A DNA stretch of 64,000 nucleotides, from contig JAAOMT010000531.1 of assembly GCA_016748015.1 (NCBI GenBank), positions 310,001 through 374,000 on the forward strand, in the 5' to 3' direction. Positions 24,392 through 37,251 of this stretch are shown here, piece after piece (the first letter of the stretch is position 1; each line of letters starts with the position of its first letter). Position numbers and translations under genes: made by a program. The notes below the pieces were generated by a model. That model was not told the DNA's origin, made no database searches, and saw only the letters and a list, made by a program, of their open reading frames with translations. Origin of the DNA: Geosiphon pyriformis uo1. Its lineage: Eukaryota; Fungi; Glomeromycota.

Positions 24392-25318
24392 TGTTATAAG
24401 TAATTCTTTGAGGTGTCGAGTAAATAACAAACTCATAACTTGGTGCACAAAGCAATTGATGACGATAATAATCTAAAGGTATTTTATCTAAAGGCTTTCC
24501 AATCGAGTTCTTTGTATAATGAACAGAGATTCAATGGTAACAGTTTATTAGTAGTTTCCTAAAACCGTAGTTTTGTCAATTGCTTGCTCAGCTTGATGGT
24601 TGATGATTCTCCTAGTATGATATCCTCTGTAAGTATATACTAGTGCTGTTTCCTGACATCAGTTCCTCCATAAGTCTTCCAAGTGTAAGTATTGTTTAAG
24701 CAAGTTTATTTCTCCATAAGTCCTCCAAGAGTAAGTATTTTTTAAGTAAGTTTTATTCCTCCATAAGTTCTCTAAGAGTGAATCCTTTAATCACATTAGT
24801 AGACAACAAAGAAAATAAAAAAATATAAAAGAGAAAATAAGAAATAAGCCAAGATGATTTGCAAGTTAATATCTCATTAATAGCCATGATCAAGAGCTAT
24901 TGTTTCAGTATGATTAAGTATCAGTTATTATCAACATGAAGTGTTGATAGTGAAAAATGAATTTGATATAGTGAATAATTATTTATTTGAGGATTGTAGT
25001 AACTAAGCTAAGAATTCTTGGTGTCAATTCTGTCTTTTCTACTTCTAACACTACTGCTATATATACATATTTGAGATTCCTCAATTCTTTAATTCCTTGT
25101 GACAGGAATTTTGGAATTCCTGAAATCTTGTGATTTCTGATGAGAGGAATCCTGGAATTCTGAAATTCTGTGATTTCTTGTCAGAGAATTCTAAAATTTC
25201 TGGAATCTTACAATTTCTCTAAGAGAAATCTTGGAATTCTACATTTACTACGTCTACATCTGATTGGCTAATATCTACTAACTAATAATACTATATTTTC
25301 TATATTCTATGAGTAATA
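24392..25318 (-). repeat. Gypsy-C 3' LTR (927 bp)
   Basis: Direct repeat of 33767-34661; internal ~50-bp x3 repeat (ccataagtcctccaagagtaagtatt) and ggaattct-rich array. Confidence 0.95.
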
Positions 25319-25331
25319 TTATTCCCTTCTT

Positions 25332-25961
25332 TTAATATTAAGCTCTGTCAAAATTTAATTCCTTTAATTCCCCTTCTTGAATTATTTCTTGAACTTCTTT
25401 CTCGAGTATTACTTGTGTTATTTTAGTTTGTAGTTCTTCAAATTGGGTGTTGGTCATTTTTTCCAATTGATTACTTGTAACTGTATCTATTGCTGTGTTA
25501 AGTAAGATTTCTGGTCAGTCTTGAAATTCTATATATAGCTGGTAAATGGCTTGAGCTTGTGTGGTTAGATTGTTCTTTCCCACAAATTGTTCCAGTTGTC
25601 TTAGTATTGTTGTGTTAAATAATCATTTTGTTTTGTTGGTATACAAATTCTGGATATTTACGTGTTGTCCCAAGTGGAAATGACAATAGTTTTTCGGAAA
25701 TTGTTGCATCCACCAAGTTCAAGTTTCTTTGGTAAGTTTTTGGTGTAATCCGACTATTTGTTGTTCTTTTATGGCCAATTTTATCTTGGTCATGATCTTG
25801 TCAACAACATTTTCAAGTCTTTTCTGTGCTTTGTTTTGTGGTATCTTTGCCATGTTTTTGTAACAAATGGCTTGTTGATTGATTGTAATTTCTATCTCCT
25901 GGTGTTGAATTAATTGAAAAATTTGTTGGGCTAGTGAATGGATATTGTCTGTAATTTCCAT
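25332..25961 (-). pseudogene. Gypsy-C third ORF of unknown function (210 codons)
   Basis: MEITDNIHSLAQQIFQLI...PEILLNT...LNFDRA*Y*; overlaps ORF-track entry 25719-26015. Confidence 0.75.
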
Positions 25962-26015
25962 TTTTCTGGTCTCTTCTGTTGCATCGACCATGTTTTTTAT
26001 ATATTCTTTTGTCAA

Positions 26016-27398
26016 TCAATTGGACGTGTTGTTGTCAATAATAATGATTGGTTCCAAATCTCGTGAAATTTTATCTGGTTGGACTAGTATTCTCTGTACT
26101 CCTAATTGTGGAATATTATTGGTGGATGATGATACTATATGATAATATGGTTTCAGTCAATCTCCATGTGCTGCTTTGGTCAAAATTTTGTTATTCAATC
26201 TTAATTTGTAAGCTCCATTTCCTAGAATTTCTTCTATGTGAAATGGTCCATCCCATTTGGGGTCAAATTTTCCACTCTATTGTTTTTCCGCTTTGGTATA
26301 ATGTAATAGTACTTTGTCTCCAATCTTGAATTCAACTGGCTCATCTAGTAGTTGGTTATCATGTCTTTCTTTTTGTTTCTCTTGTGACTTTTGTATGTTA
26401 TCAGCTGCTTTTCGTCATTTGTTTTCTAATGTTTCCATTAAGTTATATGTTTTTCTCAACAATGTGTTTTTGAAATTCTCTTCTGTTATTGGTTTAGTTG
26501 GGTATGTGCTGACTTCTATCTCCACTAGTAGTGTTGCTGTTCTATTATATACTAATTCAAATAGTGTTGTTTGTGTAGTATCTTGCTTTATTGTCCGATA
26601 AGCAAATAGTACTGATGGTATCAACAAATCCCAATTGTTCTGGTTTTCTTAGCTGAGCTTAGCTATTGCTTTACACAATGTTCTATTGAATCTTTTAACT
26701 AATCTGTTGGTTTGTGAATGGTATGATGATAATAGTGGTCTCTTAATTCCGAACTTTTGGCTCAATTCTGTTAATGTTTTGTTCACAAAATGAGTTCTTT
26801 GGTCTGATAATAATTTCTTTGGACATCTGTGTCAACAAATTAAATCTTGATGAACGAATTCAGCAATGAATTCTACATCTGCTCTTTGAATTGCTTTCAC
26901 CTCTGGCCATTTAGTGAGATAGTCTATGGCTACTGCTATATACCTGTTTTCTCTGCTGGTAATTGTTAATGGTCCAACTAAATCAATTCCAATATGGTCG
27001 AATGGTTGTTCCACTTTGATTGGTCTTAATGGTTTACTGGGTTTTGTACCTTCTTTTCACTGACAAGCATCACAATTTTGAACATATTGGATGATATCTG
27101 GATACATTGATGGCCAATAGTATCTTTTTCTGGTTTTTTCTATGGTTGCTTCTTTGTAAAAGTGTCCTGCTGTTGGATTTAAGTACATGTTGAATAATAT
27201 TATCTCTTTTTTTGGCTCTGTAATTACTCTGGTTGGTTGCTCTAGATCTCTTCTATTTTTCCGATAAAGTATATTTTGGTGAGTGATAAAATATTTTGAT
27301 TGTTGTTTGATACTCTTTTATTCCATTTGAGATAAATTCTTCTTGAACTGTTGAGTGTTTATATAATATTGCAGTTGTTGATATTTTTGTATGTTCAT
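26016..27398 (-). pseudogene. Gypsy-C stand-alone integrase ORF (461 codons)
   Basis: ATG 27398 (MNIQKYQQLQYY); PFDHIGIDLVGPL, AIDYLTKWPE, KFDPKWDGPF. Confidence 0.9.
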
Positions 27399-27461
27399 CT
27401 TTTGTTATATTTTTCGTTGGTAGTGTTCTGGTTTTGTTATATTTTTGGATTTGAAATGTTC

Positions 27462-30400
27462 TTAGATTTGTCTTATTTGTGACAAACTGTCAGCATTTCT
27501 GTTGTCTTTTCTTTTTTTATAATGTATAGTATAATTATATGGTGTGAGTGCCATTTTCCATCTTGACTGTCTTCTATCTCCAAATTCTTGTTTTTGAAGT
27601 GATGTTAATCTTTTGTGATCTGTGTATACTTCAAACTTCTGGCTCAAGTATTCTTTCTATTTCATGACTGCCCAGTATATCGCTAAGTATTCTTGTTCCA
27701 GTGTTCCATAGTTCTTTTTGGCTGGTGTTAAACCTCTGCTGGCATATGCTACTGGATGTTCTCTGCCATCTGGTCCTCTCTGAAATAGTACTGCTCCCAA
27801 TGCTTGGGTGGATGCATCAATGGTAATGATGAATAGTTTGCTGTAATCTGGATAGATCAGTACTGAAGCTTGAATGAGCTTTTTTTTCAGAATATCAAAA
27901 GCTTCTTGTTGACTTTCTGTTTATTTATATTTTGTATTCTTAGTTTGCAGTTGGTTGAGTGGCTGTGCTATCTTGGAAAAGTTATTGATAAAACATTGAT
28001 AGTAGCTGGCAAATCCCAAAAATGATTTCAGTTTTGTCATATTGGTCAGCACTGGAAAGTTCTTTACTATTTCTATTTTCTCTGAATCTGTTTTGATGCT
28101 GTCTTTGCTAACTATATGTCCCAAAAATTTTAGTTCTGTCTTGCCAAAAAAACACTTTGTTGCATTTAACTTTAGTTCTGCTCTTTTTAGTCTTTCAAAC
28201 ACTTGTTGAAGATGATAAAAATGATCATCAAATGTTTTTGAGAATATATTGGTGTTGTCCAAGTATACAACTACTGATTTCTACAATAAGCCAGTATAAA
28301 CAATTTCTATTAGCCATTGGAAAGTGGCTGGTGCATTGGTTAAGCCAAATAGCATTACTTCAAATTCAAAATTCCCTTCCCTTGTGGTAAATGCCATTTT
28401 CTCTTTGTTAGCTGGATCCATGGCTACTTGCCAGTAACCACTGTCCAGGTCTAATGTTGAAAACCATTTGTTTCCACCAAAAGCATCAAATAATTTTTGG
28501 ATCTGTGGAGTGGGGTAGCTATCTTCACGAGTTACTCCATTGAGTTTTCTATAATCCACACAAAAGTGGATTTTCCCATTCTTTTTCCAGACAAGTACCA
28601 CTGGTGATGACCATGGGCTCATTGATGGCTGAATTAGCCTGTTGTCAAGCATTCAGTTTATCTCTTGATGGATAATCTCGTGGCTAGCTGGTGGTACTCT
28701 GTATGCTCTTTGTTTAATTGACATTGCATCTCCAGTCTTGATTTGATGCTGGATGATGTTAGTTTGGCCAAACTTGTTTTTGCTGGCAAAGATGTTATTG
28801 AAATTGTTGAGCAACATCTTAAGTTGCATATGTTGAAGTGGATCTAAGTTTCTCATGTTCATTTGTTCCAATTGTTCTGGTTGGAGCAAATAACATTCAC
28901 TTTGTCCATATATTATTTGTGATGTGATATTGACATATCCACAAAGCTGTGGAAAGTCCAAAATGGTGTTTGATAGTTGATCCTCTATTTCAGTGTTTAA
29001 GTATCCAATAGTAGTTCCGGCTGGTATTACTATGATATTTTCTGTGTTATTGTAGATGGGAATTTTTATGTGGCTGTAATCTTTGGCTGGTATATGGAGA
29101 TTGATAAGTCCAATCTCTCTTGATTTACAAAAGTTTGGTTCTGCTTCAAAAATCTGATTCTGTTCTTTTACCTCCCACTTTATTCCTATTATGTACTGGC
29201 CATATGGTGGAATGGAAATTGTTTGACCTGTTGAGATAATTTTTCCTTGGTCAACAATTTCTTCTTCTGCCATATTGACTGGTACATCTACTCTACCTGT
29301 TGATCCGAATCTCTGTATTCCTCTCACTGTTATTCCTAATTCTTCTCTCTTTCCTACTAATACTAACTAAGCTACTCTAACCAGAGGCAGGAATATTGCC
29401 TGTGCTATCTTTTCATTGGGCTCTATTATATAGGTCTTTTCTGAGTTATTTTGTAATATAGTGATAATATTTCTTACATATCCCATGTCAATTATTTCTC
29501 TTCTTATATTAATCCCTCTTTTCACTAAACTACTCCTAGATGCTAATTGAATCATTGTTGTTGCCGGAATTTCCAGTGCTATTTTCAAATCAAGACAGAT
29601 GTGTGAATATGATTCTAATTTGATGACATTTTTTCCTGAATATCTCAGATCAAATCCAGCATCAGTATTATGTGCACGTTCTGGCATAATACTTTTGTTA
29701 TTATTGCTGAACCATTTTAGTTCCAATTTTTTGGTCAGATCAAGAATTGCAATATATTGTTCATATTTTAAATCAGAGTTTGAATCTGAGTTTGAATCAT
29801 TGTTGTTGTTATCACTATTTTGAATGGAGCTGGAACCAGTGTTTTTGTTGTCATCATTATCAGAGTTTGAATTGGAATTAAAAATCGATTCTGATTCTGA
29901 TACACAGCTGCTGATTGGTTCCTCTTTTTCTGGGATTGTGTAGATCATGCATGGTGGTGGATTGTAGATGAGGTCACACTCATTACAATACTGAAAGTCA
30001 TATAGGATTAGACAATGTTGACATAATTGAGTGTTCAACTGCTCTAAATGTTGCTCTTGTTCTTTTCTAGTAGGTGTCAAATGCTGGTAATGTTTATAAA
30101 ATTCTTCGGGGTTGTCCTCAATGTTGCCAAAGACATTGAAAGTTTGAACGTATTTAGGTTCAGAAAGAGATAGAAGATTATTTTTAATCTCTAGTAGTTT
30201 GCTGGTTGTCATGCCTTCTGCTTTTGCATATGCCATTCTCCATAGTTCATTTTCATCATGGGGATATCCTTCTAATTATCACAACGCTCGTTTCCAGGCA
30301 TCGTCGATTGGTGTTTCTTTGTTTACCTAATTGTTTATCAGTATAGTGTACTGATATGTTTTGTCGCATGTTTCTTCATGCCCAGAAATGTTACTTCACA

Positions 30401-33400
30401 TTCCTTCATCTAGTAGGATAGTTCTACATGTGAGACATGATTGGTTATCCCACTTTTCTTGTTGTTTTGGTTGTCCAAAGCACTTTATGATGCATGGGTG
30501 GCAGTAAAATCTTGTGGCCATGGAGTATTCCTCGTCATCACCACAGCATGTGCCCATTGACAACAATTTCTTGTCACAATTGACACATTCTAATTTTGGG
30601 TGATGATAATTGGTTGGTGGTGATAAAGTATACACATCAAAACTATACATGCTACTGGTAAGAGTAGTTCCTTCTTCTTTCTTCTTTTCCTTTCTCTTAT
30701 CAGTTTCTTCCTACTCTCAGTTGGCTGGTTCGTCTTGGTTGTTATCAGTTTCCCAGTTTTGGTCAGTTTTTCAGGTAAGTTCTTTGTTTTCCTTTTCTTT
30801 TCCCTTATTGTTTTAAGAAAGTATTGGTAGTAGCTCGTTGTGGTCTTTGTCGGCCCATAAGACTTGATAGGCTTCCCAGGTCAGTTTTTTTGTTTCTTCC
30901 TCAAACTCGATGAGCAGTTGGGCATTGCTTGGCTTAAAGTAACCACAAGTGGCTGGTGTTCGAGTATGCTGACCACCAAAGATTAATTGTAGTTCTTGGG
31001 TGGTCCAATTAAGGGTAGTGTGGGTTTTCAACAACCAATCATTGCCCACCAGAGCCTGGTATTGTGTGGCTTCTATCACAAGGACTTTGATGGGTACTGT
31101 GATGCCATTAATTTTGATAGGTATGCTGTCTATTTTGCTTATTGGAGTTTTGGTTGCTCTATCAGCTGTAATAATTCTTGCATTGGCAGCTTGATCAACT
31201 TGGCAACCTAATTGATTCATGAATTGTCTTGTTATCATGCTGCCAGCTGATCCACTATCCAAGATCAGTTTGATGGCATGGCCATCAATTTTGGCATCTA
31301 TATACATGGTGGTGATTGGCTTCTCTTCCAAAGCTGCTCTACTGAATAATGGAATTTCGATCATTTCTTCCAAATCGAAGGGAAAGATGGCCGTGAGTGA
31401 TTCGTCATTGATAACAGTTGCTGGTAGAATGTTGTTGGTAAGTGTCTGTTGTTGGTTGGATCCTAAATGGTTGGTGGTAGTGTCTTCTAGAGTAACCAGG
31501 AGACTTAAATAGTTCTGGGAATTCAGGTTTTGGATGGCACTGGTACCTGAATTCCGAGAATACAATCCTAATAGTGAGTTGGAAGAACTGAGGATTAGTT
31601 GGTAGACAACCATTGCCAATTGCCAGTTTTGTGTGATCCTAGATCTGGAGTGGCCTGATGTCATATTAACTGAATTCTGGAGCAGTGTCTGAATTGATTG
31701 GAGTTGATAGATTATTTGTGGCTGCAGTTGATATATTACGGGTGGCTGTGGTTAATATATTGCTGATGACTGTGATTGATAAACTGGAGTCTGACATACT
31801 GGTGCTTAATAAATTGGCTGCTGCATCATTGGCAGATAAGTGTTTTGATATTGTTCCTGATTTTGTTGATATCTCGGAGTTTGAAATTGGCGATTGGGAT
31901 TTCTATATTGATTTCCCGATCATTGATGGTTATAAGCATTGCAATTTGCTCTAATGTGCCTTTGTTTACCACAGTTGTGGCAGACATGCATCTCTGGCTG
32001 CCACTGCTGATTGGTTGATGTTGAGGGACGCACTTGATTTTGAGAGCAATTGTAGTTTCTGGAATTGCTGTGTTATTGAGATGGTTGATAAATTGCTCGA
32101 TTGTCAGCTAAGTATCCTTCTAATTTCTGATTAATTGAATCACTGAATTGTTTCAATTTGGAGTCCAATTCAGATAATCTGTTTATCACTAGATTAATGG
32201 CTTGGGCATAGTTGGCCTCGGACTCAGCTGATTCGAAATTTCTGGTGCATGTGACTGCATCTTGAAAGGTGCTTGGATGCAACAGACATACATATTGCAA
32301 AATGCTGCTGTGCAAGCCACAGATAAACTGGTTAAAGATCTGTAACACTGTGAAATAGTTGGCGTCAATTGTCTGGATCTGGCACAGATTTCTATGGAAG
32401 CATCCCAGGTAAGTGGTAACTGCTTTAGTTTCTCTTTGCTTTATAATGGTGAATGTATTGACTAGGCAGTTGATACTGTTATTGTTGTTGAAGTATCTTA
32501 AAAATTCTACTTTGAAGGCATTGAAGTCTTGTGGTTTATTGATCAAGCTTTAATACCATAAATTGGTAGTATTTTTGAAAAAGTAAGGAATGGCTTGTAT
32601 TGCTCGGGCGTCATTCCATTTGTTGGCTGCGATGGTTTTTTCCACATTGTTCAACTATACTTGAGTATTGTCCTCTTTGCCAGTAAAATTATTCAGTTTT
32701 GCAATTGGTGCATAGGCTATTAGATCTAAGTTGGGTGGTTGTGGTGGCTGTTAAAGCAGTTGTTAATTTTGTTGAGGTGGTAATTGAAGTGGCTGCTATA
32801 TGGGTTCAGTTATTAGATCAATTGGTGGTTGATCAATAACGATTATCAGAGGTAAGTTTGGTTGATTAATTAGATTGGGGTTTCGATTATCCTGAGTTGG
32901 CAGTGTCTGAATATTCGGAGTTTCAACTTCCAAATTTACTGAATTTAAATTTTGCTGGTTCTGAAAATTTGGGGTTTCAAATTTCGGGTTTTTAGTGATC
33001 AGATTCTAGTAAGTAAATTTTTGATCCTCAGTTTCTTTTTCTTCCTTTTCTTCTGATTCTGTTACTTCTCACAGATCAGAGATTCCAAAATCTGGTGGAA
33101 GTGGCAGTAATCAAATTCCTAATGGCATTGGTGATTGTGATTTAAATCTCTCGAAATATTTGCCGTATGGTCCTAATAACTCTACTTTTCTTTGTTTACT
33201 TTGGAATGGAAACTGTCCAAATATTGATGTCACATTTGGTGTGGACGTGCCTGCTGATGTAATATTGATAGTGCTTCCAGGTGTGTAATAATATGATAGA
33301 TATAGTAAGGATTCAATTCTTTGTTTCTTTCAGATTGGTAGTTGTATCCCTTTAGGTGTTACTGCTGGTGTTTGTAACCTTCCTTTATCTTTGTCTGTGT

Positions 33401-33707
33401 AAGTAATAGAAAATTGTTGTTGCATGTATCTTTCAATGGTTTGGTTAATTTCTCTGATGATTGGGGCAAAACTGTGATTTCTTGGTAAGCTGGTGTGTTG
33501 AAATAATTCTGTATAGAAATTTTTTCTTACTGACTCAATATTAACAGTTCTTTCTAAACAGTCTATGATTTTATTATTGAAGTAATAATTGAAGGCTGAT
33601 TCTGCTGGATAATGGTTGTTGTTTAGTCCTAACTGTTGGCTGTATTTTTGAAACAAAGATTTAGCGAATCCTAAGTGATTGGCTCCTATAATTTCTGATT
33701 CTGCCAC
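27462..33707 (-). pseudogene. Gypsy-C gag-PR-Cys-rich-dUTPase-RT-RNase H polyprotein, single frame (~2080 codons) broken by stops
   Basis: The nine domain-bearing ORF-track fragments from 33707 to 27462 share one frame; LILDSGSAGS protease; dUTPase ~29295-29717 (DAGFDL, ASRSSL, IIDMGY, IAQAIF, RGIQRFGSTG); RT SPWSSPVVLV, DYRKLN; RNase H ending NADSLSQIRQI*. Confidence 0.95.
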
Positions 33708-33747
33708 TGTTGATTAGTTGTTGGTGCTGGTTCTTTGTAGAATTATA

Positions 33748-33764
33748 CTTTACAGAGAGCACCA
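33748..33764 (-). promoter_or_regulatory. Gypsy-C primer-binding site
   Basis: Minus strand TGGTGCTCTCTGTAAAG, 2 nt inside the 5' LTR end. Confidence 0.85.
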
Positions 33765-33766
33765 AA

Positions 33767-34661
33767 TGTTACAAGTGATTCTTTGGGGTGTCGAGTAAAT
33801 AACAAATCCATAACTTGGTGCACAAAGTGATTGGTGATGATGATAATCTGAAGGTATTTTATCTGAAGGCTTTCCAATTAAGTTTTTTGTATAATGAACA
33901 GAGATTCAATGATAACAGTTTATTAGTAGTTTTCTGAAACCATGGTTTTGTTAATTGCTTGCTCAGCTTGATGGTTAATTATTCTCCTGGTATGATATCC
34001 TCCATAAGTGTATACCAGTGCTGTTTTTTGATGTCAGTTCCTCCGTAAGTCCTCTAAGAATAAGTATTGTTTAAGCAAGTTTATTCCTCTGTAAGTTCTC
34101 CAAGAGTAAGTATTTTTTAAGTAAGTTTTATTCTTCCGTAAGTCCTCCAAGAGTGAATTCTTTAATTATGTTAGTAGACAACAAAGAAAATAAAGAAAGA
34201 TAAAAGAGAAAATAAAAAATAAGCCAAGACAATTTGCAAGTTAGTATCCCATCAATAGCCATGATTAAAAGCTATTATTCCAGTATGATTAAGTATCAGT
34301 TATTATTAACATGAAGTGTTAATAGTAAAGAATGAATTTGATATAGTGAATAATTATTTATTTGAGGATTGTGATAACTAAGCTAAGAATTTTTGGTGTT
34401 GATTTTGTCTTTTCTGTTTCTAATACTATTGCTATATATACATATTTGAGATTCCTTAATTCCTCAATTTCTTGTGACAAGAATTCTGGAATTCTTGGAA
34501 TTCTGGAATTCTGTGATTCTTTGTTGGAGAATCCTGAAATTCCTGGAATCTTGCAATTCCTCTGAGAGGAATCTTGGAATTCCACATTTACTATGTCTAC
34601 ATCTGATTGGCTAATATCTACTGACTAATAATACTATATTTTTTATATTCTATGAGTAACA
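33767..34661 (-). repeat. Gypsy-C 5' LTR (895 bp)
   Basis: tgttacaagtg...tatgagtaaca; TATA (minus tatatatagc) ~34431-34440. Confidence 0.95.
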
Positions 34662-37112
34662 ACGAGCATTTATGTGGCTATTGTATTGATACAAAATTTG
34701 TGGCTAAAACTGGTCATGTTGAGTCTGCTGGAGAAAAGACTTCTTTTTTGGCAGCTAGTGTTTTTGTTGATAACACAATTTGGATTGGAAGCTGTCAGGC
34801 TTCTACATAAACCATTTTGGATATTGCTAGTGGGTTTTTTGTTGTCAATAATATCTCTATTAATAATAATAAAACAATGGCTATCCCACTCAATCAAGAT
34901 GTCAAGACTGCCTCACTTTTGATTAATGGTTTGCTAATCTCAATTGTTAAATGAGGCAAATCACATAGGTACTTGGGTATTTTTTTGTTTACAGAGGGTT
35001 TTTTCAAGCCTAGTTTGGCTCAGACTTATGCAGATGTCAGGTTTTTTTTAAATATGGTGCTCAGAAAGACTATTACAGACAAACAATTTTTTTATTTGGT
35101 CTTGGTTGTTTTTTAGTCTATAGTTAGCTATCTAATGCAGTTTAGTTATGTTTTACCAGGTGTGTGTTACAAGTGGGATGTTATGATTAGAAAGAGTCTC
35201 AGATCTAAGGCTGGATTACCAAAAAATTTTCCAAATGAGGTTTTACACCACCTTTCTTTGTATGGTTTAAAACTGTTTGAGCAAGTACAATTTGAGGGAA
35301 AATTGGCCTTATTAGTTTCTTTTTCCAATGCTGACAGCATTCTTGGGCATTTGTTTGAACATAGATTTTTGGATTTATAAATTCTGGAGTGGTTACCTCT
35401 GAATTCTTTTCAGATTAAGGATTAGTCCAGTGAATAATTTTTTAGCTGGTATGGTAAGGATTTTGTTGGAAAATGAGTTATCTTTGACAAACAATTTGTT
35501 CAGTGCTTTTTGTGATTCTAACAGATTTCTAATGTCTGACATTTTGGATTATTCCTTATTTTATGATTTTGTTTTCTCTTTAAGACAATTTGGTGTTACT
35601 TTTGGCAGTAGGCTTCTGAACAAAAAAGGAAAAGTGTTGGACTGAAAGACATTTTAGTGGTAAAAAAGATTAGATCCAAGGGGCCCAGTACCTTTTTGGT
35701 TCATATTGGCAACTAATTTTATAAGCAAACATGCTTCTGAGGGAGTTGTATCTGTCAGTAATCATGTACTATTAATGCTGAATGTTTTGAATTCTGAGGC
35801 TTTTGCTTGTGTTTGTGGGAACCTTTTGGAGATTTGGTTAGATTGTATTAAGATTTACACAGATGGATCCTTAAAGGGTGCTGGTTCAGCTAAGGTAACC
35901 AGTGGTGCAGCTGTCTATTTCCCAGTTACAGACATGAGTATTGGGATAAGAGTCCAGTAATTTTTGTCATCCACTTTGGCTGAGTTACAAGCCATTGCTT
36001 TGACATTAGAGTGCATTCTCTCTTCTTGTTCTGTAGTTCTGTATTCAGACAGCCAATCTGTAATTGATGCTTATGTGTTGAAGTCTCTGGTTATGGTGCT
36101 GGACTTCTGTAATCAATGCTGAATTGAATGATTATATATTGTCAATCTTATCAAGAAAAAAGACATTTTAGTTAGGTGGGTAAAGGTTAAAGAGCATTCA
36201 GGGGTTCTGAACAATATTAAGGCTGATAAGTTGGCTGGTGAAGCCACTTCCTCTCTGTTTTCTCTATCTGTTGGGATTCAGAAACATTTCTTGGTTGCTA
36301 AGAATACTGCTGTGTCAAACAATACTCATTATTTTGTTTATGATCTTTTTCAGTCAGTTTGTTGTGCTTGTTGGGAGGCTGGTCCTGGTTATGATATTAT
36401 TCCAAGTGCTATGATTGAGAAAATAAATTGGGTGACTACTTCAAAAGTCTGGTATTCTGACTTTTATATGCTTTCTGGTTTCACTAGTAAGAGCTCGGCC
36501 AACCATAGACAGTTGCCTGTAGCTGTCAGGAAAAGATTATATGATGTAAATTATCCCAGGGTGCTGTGCTTGCTGTGTGGAAAGATGGAAGTGTCTGACC
36601 ATATTTTTGTCTGCTTGGGTAATACTGGACTCCATGATGACATTTTGGCTAATGCTTTTAAGAAGTAGGAGTTTTTGATGGGTCCTTTCTGCTTGCCTAC
36701 ATCAGCTGTATTGTGTTTGCTTTCAGTGTGTTCTTCAGATATGAGTCTGTTTACTGCTGTGTGCAAGAGTTTTGTGTTGAAGGATTAGTATGCTGAGACT
36801 GCTTTGGCTTTTGAGAGAAAAGAAAAGGCTGTATTGGCTGTTACTGAATTTGCTAGTTTTGTGGTCAATTTGTTTTGTACTAAGGTGTGACTTGTCAGAT
36901 TCAAACATAGAGTAGATATAAAAAGAACTGGCTTGGTCAAGGATGGTGACATGATCTCAGACCTGTCTTATTGTTTGGTGTCTAATTTGTCAGATAGGGT
37001 AGTTCATTTGCTTAGTGTTGTTGAATTTTTTGCTGTCAGCTTTGGTAGATGCAAGCTGTGTCATTTTTTTTCTGGTTTGGGTGATGATGCTTTTTTTTAT
37101 ATAAACGTGTAG
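34662..37112 (+). pseudogene. LINE ORF2 part 3: RT catalytic motif, RNase H, C-terminal CCHC
   Basis: FVDNTIW (decayed FVDD), HRYLGIF, IYTDGSL / STLAELQAI / YSDSQS / WVKVKEHSG...N..AD RNase H motifs, CLLCGKMEVSDHIFVC; TAG at 37110-37112. Confidence 0.85.
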
Positions 37113-37251
37113 TATAGCTTTGTTTGGCCCAAGTGGCTGGTTATATGTAGTAAGTATGTAAGCTGCATTTAGTTTGTTCCACTTAGTTTGGTTTTATGTA
37201 TTAGATAGCAGTTGAGTTTCACTTATTAAATTGCATAATAATAATAAAAAT

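Larger units (their letters stand above)
24392..34661 (-). mobile_element. Gypsy-C: full-length dUTPase-bearing Ty3/Gypsy element inserted in the LINE RT
   Basis: LTRs 24392-25318 and 33767-34661; TSD acaa (24388-24391)/acga (34662-34665); PPT 25319-25333. Confidence 0.95.
1..37250 (+). mobile_element. Non-LTR retrotransposon (LINE, APE-type with RNase H), ~6.7 kb in three pieces (1-3791, 24025-24391, 34662-37250), interrupted by Gypsy-A and Gypsy-C; 5' end may lie left of the window
   Basis: ORF2 rejoins in frame across both insertions once one 4-bp TSD copy is removed (NVLC|GNNFSVLKGT and CEIKRH|EHLCGY). Domain order ORF1, APE, RT, RNase H, CCHC; ends in an (ATA)n/A tail at ~37235-37250. 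Confidence 0.9.
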
